From Candidatus Heimdallarchaeota archaeon (lineage in GTDB: Archaea > Asgardarchaeota > Heimdallarchaeia > JABLTI01): a stretch of 64,000 bases of DNA. Below the pieces are notes generated by a model that was given only the letters and a program-made list of their open reading frames with translations, ran no database searches and was not told where the DNA came from. Below, in pieces: positions 37,105 to 44,018 of this stretch (positions are counted from its first letter, which is position 1; each line of letters starts with the position of its first letter). The stretch spans positions 1,416 through 65,415 of the forward strand of contig DXJV01000073.1 in NCBI GenBank assembly GCA_019056785.1. Reading direction: 5' to 3'. The translations under genes and the position numbers were made by a program.

Positions 37105-37851
37105 ATGAACTTCCCACCAACAATAGTAAATGCAAGAATCGCAGAATCCATCCATGTTTTTTATGAAACAATGGAGGAATTCTTCAAGAAAAAGGGCTGG
37201 AAATGGGCGCCCTATAAACGAACTGGTGATAAGTGGATACAAGAGGATTATAGCATTGAAGTGAGAACGAAATATGCCGACGGCGCCTATAAAGAGCTTG
37301 TTTTTACATTGCGTCGAACCCCAGGAATTGTAGGACAATCATCTGGAAGTAAAATCAATATCGGCGATAAACACAAAGTTTCCATTCTCCTTCCACGAGA
37401 GTATCCTGCAAATTTGGCGCACATTAAAATGCGGCTCTTAACCCCTCTCTGGCACCCACGAATTTCCATGGGACGGGGTGGCGATGCCTGCATCACCGTT
37501 AATGGGGAAGTTGATAGGATCCTCATCGATCTTATTTACCATATTCTTATGGACCCAAAACGCATCCGCCCACCAAAACTTTACCCAAAAGAAGATTCCG
37601 GTTTGAATGGTATAGCAATGCGCTGGTTTGAGAAAGACGCAGCAAATATTCATAACTATATGCTCAGTCAATGGGACAAATTACATGAGAAAGCTTCTCT
37701 TAAGGAAAGCGGGGGAATACGAATTATAGGTTCAAAGAAAGAAGCAGTGGAACTTCAGAAAGATAAGCAAGCTGTTCGAATAATTACACATAAACCCGAA
37801 GAGAAAGAGAAGAAACCAAAACAGAAAAAAGGGGGCATTAGAATAATTTGA
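37105..37851 (+). CDS. E2-like ubiquitin-conjugating enzyme (UBC fold) with a repeat-bearing basic C-terminal tail
   Basis: ILLPREYPANLAHIKMRLLTPLWHPRISMGRGGDACITV matches the UBC core (YP..pP...f.t.i.HPN....G.iC) with HPR in place of HPN. Candidate catalytic Cys codon at 37489..37491. Confidence 0.7.
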   Translation: MNFPPTIVNARIAESIHVFYETMEEFFKKKGWKWAPYKRTGDKWIQEDYSIEVRTKYADGAYKELVFTLRRTPGIVGQSSGSKINIGDKHKVSILLPREYPANLAHIKMRLLTPLWHPRISMGRGGDACITVNGEVDRILIDLIYHILMDPKRIRPPKLYPKEDSGLNGIAMRWFEKDAANIHNYMLSQWDKLHEKASLKESGGIRIIGSKKEAVELQKDKQAVRIITHKPEEKEKKPKQKKGGIRII

Positions 37852-38174
37852 AAAAAGTTACAAAGGGAACTAAAGAGAATCCCTCACCCCTGCCTGATCC
37901 CCAAACAGCACCAGCTGAAGAGCCGCCGGCATCAGAAGATAGTGCCACTGAGCAATTCAATTATGAGGTCAGTTCAACAGATGGAATTAAAGAGCTCCCA
38001 GAAGAAGGAAGGGCAACAACACCTCATGTGTCATCCACCATAAAAATTCTGGCAGAAAAAGACTTGCCATTCAAAGAACAAGCACCACCAAACCATTCGC
38101 CCTATTTCAAATGTTTCCTCCACAGTAAAAATCGCCCTTATTCAGAGGGGCGAAGGTTAGACACAAATGAATAG
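37848..38174 (+). CDS. Low-complexity Pro/Glu/Ser-rich ORF in the -1 frame relative to the E2 gene; possibly a continuation of the E2 tail rather than a separate gene
   Basis: TTG start overlaps the E2 stop codon. It contains the motif SSTIKIL, which resembles the IRII motifs of the E2 tail. No recognisable domain. Confidence 0.25.
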   Translation: MKKVTKGTKENPSPLPDPQTAPAEEPPASEDSATEQFNYEVSSTDGIKELPEEGRATTPHVSSTIKILAEKDLPFKEQAPPNHSPYFKCFLHSKNRPYSEGRRLDTNE

Positions 38175-38320
38175 TCCCATATAAGAAAACCTTCTAATTG
38201 CTTTTTCATAATGCTCAGAAGTTTCACAAAATGGTGAGAAATGCAACAAGTTTTAAACGAGTAGTTAAAAGGATTTAATTGTTCTGAGCAAGTAATTAGA
38301 AAATAGGCTGTGAGTTTGTT

Positions 38321-40048
38321 ATGGAAAAAGTGATCCTTTTAGATGAAGCGGGTTTAAGTCTCGAAGATGTTTGTAAAATTGTGAAAAAAAATTATCAGCT
38401 AAAATTATCTGAGAAAGTGAAAGAACGCATTAAACTATCACGGAAAGCACTCGAAAAAATGGTGGAAAGTGGCGAGAAAATCTATGGAATAACAACAGGC
38501 TTTGGTGCTTTGAGAGATATTGTTATCCCAGAAAAGGATGCAACAACATTACAAGAAAATCTCATCCGTAGTCACAGTGTTGGTGTTGGTGAACCTGCGC
38601 CAGATGAGTACGTCAAAGCAATGATGGTTCTCCGTGTGGCAGCACTTGCCCAGGGCAACTCCGGCTGCCAGTTGCAAACACTCGAAAATCTAATTCAAAT
38701 GATAAATAAAAACGCACTTCCTATCATTCCTTCAAAAGGGTCTGTAGGGGCAAGTGGGGACTTGGCGCCACTCTCGCACATGGCCTTGGCAATGATTGGG
38801 GAAGGAGAAAACAATCTGAAATTTCAAGGAAAAATTTATGATGCTAAGGAGGGGTTGAAAGCTGCGGGGATACCGATTACTCGGTTATCTTACAAGGAAG
38901 GGTTGGCTTTAAATAACGGCGCGCAATTTTCAGCCGGCATTGCTTGTATGGTTTTACACCAGGCACAGAATTTACTGGAAAATGCGGTCATTGCGGCGAG
39001 CTTATCAATGGAAGCATTGAAGGCAGTTGCGCAGCAATTTGATGAGCGAGTGCATAACGCAAGAAACCACCCAGGACAAATCGAAATTGCTCGGCTATTA
39101 CGAGTGTTAACCAAGGGAAGTATCTTTGTGAAGAAACATGATGAATTTTATACTTGTAAAACGCCAAATTGTGGTTATTATTATGAGGCGGCTATAGGGG
39201 ATCCAAGTCATAACATTCCTAAAGATACTCCATTCACATCCCTCCCAGAAACATGGGGTTGCCCCAATTGCCAAGGGCCAAAACAGAATTTCGAGAAACA
39301 GTGGCCAAAAGTACAGGATGATTATTCTTTAAGATGTACACCACAAGTATTGGGACCAATAAAAGAGACTCTGGACTTTTGTAGAAAGATCGTTTCCCGT
39401 GAAATTAATGCTGCAACAGATAACCCCTTAATTTTCATTACGAAGAACGACCCGCTGGAATGTGACATTATTTCTGGTGGGAACTTCCATGGAGAACCCA
39501 TCGCCCTTGCAATGGATTATCTGGCAATTGCGATGGCAGAAGTGGGTAATATCTCCGAACGAAGAAGTGCAACTTTAATAGACGAGAAGCGAAATCAAGG
39601 GTTGGGCTTATTTTTGATACCAGAAAGTGAGCTGGGATTAAGTAGTGGCTATATGATGCCACAATACACCGCTGCAGCGCTGGTCTCTGAAAATAAAACC
39701 CTTGCAACACCCGCTTCGGTGGATTCCATACCAACATCAGATGAGGCCGAAGACCATGTGAGCATGAGCCCCATAGCAGCTCGGAAAGCCGCAAAAATCC
39801 TGGAAAATTTGGAGTATATTTTAGCAATTGAAATGCTCCTCGCGGCGCAGGCGATCAGCTTGCGATGTGCTATTCAGAAGGTGCAACCCGAAAAGGCCTT
39901 GGGGGCAAAAACGAGAGAAGTCTATAAACAAATTCGTAAGAAAGTCCCGCAGTTAACAAAAGATAGAATCCTGTATCCGGAAATCAATTTGCTGGCAAAG
40001 ATGATTCATGACGGGGCATTAGTGGAAGAACCACTCTTTCGAAATTAG
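38321..40048 (+). CDS. hutH: Histidine ammonia-lyase family enzyme (MIO-type) with an inserted rubredoxin-like domain
   Basis: - YGITTGFG
- LIRSHSVGVG (Ser-His as in HAL)
- GSVGASGDLAPLSHM, the MIO tripeptide ASG at 38750..38758
- VQDDYSLRCTPQV
- About 50-aa insert YTCKTPNCGYYYEAAIGDPSHNIPKDTPFTSLPETWGCPNCQGPKQNFEK. Confidence 0.85.
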   Translation: MEKVILLDEAGLSLEDVCKIVKKNYQLKLSEKVKERIKLSRKALEKMVESGEKIYGITTGFGALRDIVIPEKDATTLQENLIRSHSVGVGEPAPDEYVKAMMVLRVAALAQGNSGCQLQTLENLIQMINKNALPIIPSKGSVGASGDLAPLSHMALAMIGEGENNLKFQGKIYDAKEGLKAAGIPITRLSYKEGLALNNGAQFSAGIACMVLHQAQNLLENAVIAASLSMEALKAVAQQFDERVHNARNHPGQIEIARLLRVLTKGSIFVKKHDEFYTCKTPNCGYYYEAAIGDPSHNIPKDTPFTSLPETWGCPNCQGPKQNFEKQWPKVQDDYSLRCTPQVLGPIKETLDFCRKIVSREINAATDNPLIFITKNDPLECDIISGGNFHGEPIALAMDYLAIAMAEVGNISERRSATLIDEKRNQGLGLFLIPESELGLSSGYMMPQYTAAALVSENKTLATPASVDSIPTSDEAEDHVSMSPIAARKAAKILENLEYILAIEMLLAAQAISLRCAIQKVQPEKALGAKTREVYKQIRKKVPQLTKDRILYPEINLLAKMIHDGALVEEPLFRN

Positions 40049-40164
40049 CCCCCGTCCTTTTCTCTAAAAAACAAGGATGAAGAATAGAGTGCATAAAAAC
40101 ACAAAAAAGATAGCTTCAAAAAATTTTATTAACTGGCTGTCAATTGCTTGATGTGCGCTTTACA

Positions 40165-40277
40165 GCCGGGATGGTCTAGTGGTAGAATTCGGGACTGTGG
40201 AATTCGCGTGAGCGTTTCTTCCTGCTCCCGAAAGCAGATATCCTGAGGTCAGGGTTCGATTCCCTGTCCCGGCACCA
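40165..40277 (+). tRNA. tRNA-His (anticodon GTG) with a 39-nt canonical 37/38 intron and an encoded CCA
   Basis: - Acceptor GCCGGGA/TCCCGGC, 7 Watson-Crick pairs.
- D-arm GTCT-AGTGGTA-GAAT.
- Anticodon stem CGGGA/TCCTG.
- Anticodon loop CTGTGGA.
- T-arm CAGGG-TTCGATT-CCCTG.
- A73, then CCA.
- The intron folds into helix-bulge-helix-bulge-helix. Confidence 0.8.
40201..40239 (+). other. tRNA intron with a bulge-helix-bulge (hBHBh') splicing motif
   Basis: - The central 4-bp helix pairs CTGT (40195..40198) with GCAG (40234..40237).
- It is flanked by the 3-nt bulges GGA (40199..40201) and ATA (40238..40240).
- The outer helix pairs TTCG with CGAA.
- Cleavage after the second bulge nucleotide on each side gives a mature loop of CTGTGGA. 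Confidence 0.65.
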
Positions 40278-40485
40278 CCTCTCATTTTTGTTGTTTGATA
40301 ATAGTCAAAGGGAAACGTTCAGCCTTTTCTACTTTGCATGTGATATATAACAATCAATTCGAAAAAGCACTTTTTGTAGGAGAATGAGAGACCCTTGCCC
40401 GCAATTTTCCCCATCAAAACAATACTTTGGATAAAAGATTTAAAGCGTGAAAAGTGACCTAAAGAAACTCTAAAGAGGCTTTAGT

Positions 40486-42009
40486 ATGACTTATACAATT
40501 ACTGGTTCTGGAATGACGATTGATGACGTCGTCAGAGTAGCGCGACATGGCGAGAAAGTGGAATTACACAAAGATGCTATTGAACGCATGAAGAAATGCC
40601 GTGCAATGCTTGAGAAAAAGATCGATGCACATGAAATTATGTATGGAGTAAACACCGGTATAGGTGAATTCTCAGAAGTGGTGCTCACAGATGAGCAGGT
40701 CAAACAATTCCAAAAATACCTCATCTACAATCATGCTGCAGGGATCGGTAAACCAGCACCTATCGAACATGTTCGAGGCGCGATTTTGGGACGACTTAAT
40801 GTCCTCGCCCACGGAAACTCGGGCAATCGTCCTGTGATTGCTGAAACATTTGTCGAAATGCTCAATAAAGGCGTTACCCCAGAAGTCTGTCGTAAAGGTT
40901 CTGTCGGCGCCTGTGGCGACCTTGCCCCAATGTCACAAATCGCCTTGTTGTTAATGGGCGAAGGACGAGCTTTCTATGAAGGAGAGCTTCTCGAAGGCGC
41001 AGAAGCGATGGACCGCGCAGGTATCAAAATACCCGGGCTAAAGGCTAGAGATGGTCTAGCAGCAATCAATGGTTCAAACTTTTTAACAGCAATGAGCGCT
41101 CTGTGGCTCTATGATGCAAAGCGTTTTCTCAAACAAGCAGAAATCGCCGCAGCAATGTCCTTAGAAGCACTCCTTGCAAACATGAAACCCTATACTCCAC
41201 TCTTACATGAGGCCCGCGGGTTTCCTGGAGCCATACGCACAGCAAAAACCATCCATAAATTGGTGAAAGGCGGCGACTTGTTTGAAGGGCGTCTAAAAGT
41301 GAAAGTACAGGACGCATATTCCATGCGGTCCACACCACAAGTCATCGGTGCAGCGCATGATGCTTTAGCATGGGCACAAAAACAGGTGGAAATCGAATTG
41401 AACGGTGTCGGTGATAACCCTGTTTTCTTCCCTGATAAAAACCTTCAGCTCTCCGGCGCCAACTTTCAAGGCTCACCTGTTTCTTTGCCGATGGATATGG
41501 CAGGCGCAGCAATAACAATGGTCTGTGTGATGTCAGAACGACGAATGAATAGATTAAACCACCCTGCCTTAAGCGTCGGATTACCACCATTCCTCACAAA
41601 AGGCGCAGGTATGATGTCTGGTTTGATGCTAAGCCAATACACAGCAGATATGCAAATCGTGGAAATGCGCATCCTATCCATGCCGGCAAGTATCCAGTCA
41701 ATACCTGCCGCAGCTGACCAAGAAGATTTTGTCAGTATGGGAATGAACACGGCATTAAAGAATGATCAGATTCTGGATAATGCTTATGGTGTGTTGGGCA
41801 TCGAGTTTATGGCTGCTGCACAAGCACTTGACTTTAGAGAACACAAGCCAGGAAAAGGAGTTGCAAAAGCAAAAGAAGTTATCAGAAAACATGTCAAGTT
41901 CTTAGACGAGGACCGACCATTATTCGACGACCATAATCGAATGAAAGAATTAGTGAAATCGTGCGAAATCCTTGAAGAAGTAGAAAAAGAAATCGGAAGT
42001 CTAGGGTAA
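40486..42009 (+). CDS. hutH: Histidine ammonia-lyase family enzyme; the MIO-position tripeptide is Ala-Cys-Gly
   Basis: YGVNTGIGEF, LIYNHAAGIG, GSVGACGDLAPMSQI (ACG at 40909..40917), VQDAYSMRSTPQV. 507 aa, typical HutH length. Confidence 0.85.
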   Translation: MTYTITGSGMTIDDVVRVARHGEKVELHKDAIERMKKCRAMLEKKIDAHEIMYGVNTGIGEFSEVVLTDEQVKQFQKYLIYNHAAGIGKPAPIEHVRGAILGRLNVLAHGNSGNRPVIAETFVEMLNKGVTPEVCRKGSVGACGDLAPMSQIALLLMGEGRAFYEGELLEGAEAMDRAGIKIPGLKARDGLAAINGSNFLTAMSALWLYDAKRFLKQAEIAAAMSLEALLANMKPYTPLLHEARGFPGAIRTAKTIHKLVKGGDLFEGRLKVKVQDAYSMRSTPQVIGAAHDALAWAQKQVEIELNGVGDNPVFFPDKNLQLSGANFQGSPVSLPMDMAGAAITMVCVMSERRMNRLNHPALSVGLPPFLTKGAGMMSGLMLSQYTADMQIVEMRILSMPASIQSIPAAADQEDFVSMGMNTALKNDQILDNAYGVLGIEFMAAAQALDFREHKPGKGVAKAKEVIRKHVKFLDEDRPLFDDHNRMKELVKSCEILEEVEKEIGSLG

Positions 42010-42036
42010 AAAAACACACTGCTTCCCCCCATTAAT

Positions 42037-42073
42037 CTTTTTGCTTCTTTCCATTTCTTTTTTTATCTTTTTT
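42037..42073 (+). terminator. T-rich tract downstream of the second HAL gene (archaeal oligo-T terminator candidate)
   Basis: CTTTTTGCTTCTTTCCATTTCTTTTTTTATCTTTTTT begins about 28 nt after the stop codon. Confidence 0.3.
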
Positions 42074-42489
42074 CCATCGAAAAGTTTGCCTGAACAATCT
42101 TGAAGAGAAAGGCAATTTAAATGCCAAAAATTTAGGAGATGGCTTCTTTTAAATAGTAGAAACGAAATAGTCTATTGACTGTGCGAGAAGAACAAACAGA
42201 GACCTAAAACCCTTTTTCCCTTTCCTTGTCTGAGCGGGAACTTCTCAATCGGCCCTTACCTTACCGCCCCGCTCAGCCCCTCCTTTTCTAGCTCCTCAAA
42301 AGAGAACGGCAATCGAACTAAGAGAAATAGTTAAATAACGATGAAAGTTGACAGTCCCGTGGTGAACTTTTAATGTGGGATAATTTTCACTCAGAAAATC
42401 TATAAATTGTTAAGGCTATTTTATACAAGATTTGCTCCCACGATAGCTCCATGTCAAAGTTCGTTTAAAATGATTTTTGAGGGAAAGTA

Positions 42490-43992
42490 ATGGCTGAAAA
42501 AGAACAGCAAAAAACTATAACCATTGGTCGTCCCGCAGGCTTTCGGGACTTTTATCCGGAAAAATACGCAAAAGTCCAATTTATTCTCGAAACAATGAGG
42601 CGCATTTCCAAAGAGTTTGGGTATGTGGAATACGTCACTCCTTCTGTTGAGCTCCAAGCACTTTATGAATTGAAATCTGGTGAAGGGCTTGTCGGAGAAA
42701 CTTTCAAAGTACAGAGCCGGAGTAAACAAAAACTGGTGCTCATCCCAGAACTAACCCCCAGTCTCACTCGATTGTTGGCGGAAAGGCAACAAAACTATAC
42801 AAAACCAATACGTTGGTTCTCCATACCAAAATGCTTTCGTGATGAGACCCTGCAACGAGGGCGTGTGAAAGAGTTCTGGCAATATAATATTGACTTACTG
42901 GGAGTCGAAGACATTTATGCGGATGCTGAAATAATCACTATCCTAATCAGAATTATTACAGCTTGTGGATTGACAAAGGATCAGTTTGTTGTGCGCGTTA
43001 ATGACCGGCAGTTTATGCAAGAAGCATTGGAATTGCTAGGGGTGAAGAATTTCCTTGAGACAATCCGTGTCTTTGACCGAAAAGGAAAGTTATTCCAAGA
43101 GCAACTCGAGAAAGAACTACGAAAAGAGTTCTCAAAAGAAGAAGCAGCAAAAGTTGCTTTGAAAATCCGGCAAGTAAAACTAAATAAGAAATATTCACTC
43201 GAGGAGCTTCCTAGCTCACCACTCGTACAAAAACTGTTGGAAACAGCAAAGCAACTAGAACGAACAGCATTTCTCACTGCACTGCAAACTCTTGGCGTAA
43301 CAGAAGCACAAGCGGAAACGCTTTATGCTCTTTCAGAAATACGCGACACCCCCACAAAATTCATCGCGCGAGTGGAAAAACTCATGCCTAACAAGGATGT
43401 GAAAGCCCTTCTGGAACCTTTAGCAACCCTTGCAAAATTGCTTGGTGATTTTGGCGTGCTTGACTTTGTTGAATATGATGGAAGCTTGGCACGAGGGCTG
43501 GATTATTACACTGGTATTATCTTCGAAGCATGGAGCAAAGATAGCATCCTGCCAAGAGCCATAGCCGGTGGGGGGCGCTATGCAGACCTCGTAGCAACGC
43601 TAGGGGGGCAGCCTCTTCCAGGGACAGGTTTTGGTTTTGGTGAAACGGTTCTTTTGGAGCTACTGGAGGAATTTAACATTCCCACCCCAAAACCAACAAC
43701 AGCGGATGTATACATTGCTCCAATAAAATTAGCAGATGTAAAGCCAGCAATAAGCTTGTCAAACAAGCTGCGGGGGAAGGGAATAAAAACCATCCTGAAT
43801 CCGTTCAATTGGCGCATTAAACGCCATTTCGAAAATGCTGAAAGTCATGGAATAGAATGGATGATAATTGTTGGTGAAAAAGACCTGGCACAGCAGTCTG
43901 TAACACTCCGAAATATCGTCACAGGCAAACAGGAAATCATCCCACTCACAAGCATTGTGAAAACAGTGGCAAAGTGTCTTAAAAATAATTGA
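42490..43992 (+). CDS. hisS: Histidine--tRNA ligase
   Basis: - GFRDFYPE
- Motif 2: CFRDETLQRGRVKEFWQYNIDLLG
- LARGLDYYTG
- GGGRYADL
- C-terminal anticodon-binding domain

500 aa with an enlarged insertion domain. Confidence 0.9.
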   Translation: MAEKEQQKTITIGRPAGFRDFYPEKYAKVQFILETMRRISKEFGYVEYVTPSVELQALYELKSGEGLVGETFKVQSRSKQKLVLIPELTPSLTRLLAERQQNYTKPIRWFSIPKCFRDETLQRGRVKEFWQYNIDLLGVEDIYADAEIITILIRIITACGLTKDQFVVRVNDRQFMQEALELLGVKNFLETIRVFDRKGKLFQEQLEKELRKEFSKEEAAKVALKIRQVKLNKKYSLEELPSSPLVQKLLETAKQLERTAFLTALQTLGVTEAQAETLYALSEIRDTPTKFIARVEKLMPNKDVKALLEPLATLAKLLGDFGVLDFVEYDGSLARGLDYYTGIIFEAWSKDSILPRAIAGGGRYADLVATLGGQPLPGTGFGFGETVLLELLEEFNIPTPKPTTADVYIAPIKLADVKPAISLSNKLRGKGIKTILNPFNWRIKRHFENAESHGIEWMIIVGEKDLAQQSVTLRNIVTGKQEIIPLTSIVKTVAKCLKNN

Positions 43993-44018
43993 TACTAGAG
44001 AAGGCATGGTGAAACCCA

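Noticed and set aside
40165-40277. Alternative fold of the tRNA as a type II (long variable arm) tRNA, using stem TCGGG/CCCGA
   Set aside because: It would give an anticodon loop (ACTGTGG...) without U33 and an 18-nt variable region with only a 3-bp stem. The tRNA-His fold gives a canonical CUGUGGA loop and a textbook BHB intron.
42345-42405. Possible C/D-box sRNA upstream of hisS (GATGAA ... GGTGAA ... TCAGA)
   Set aside because: The C box lacks the RUGAUGA consensus and there is no exact CUGA D box. The spacing alone is insufficient.
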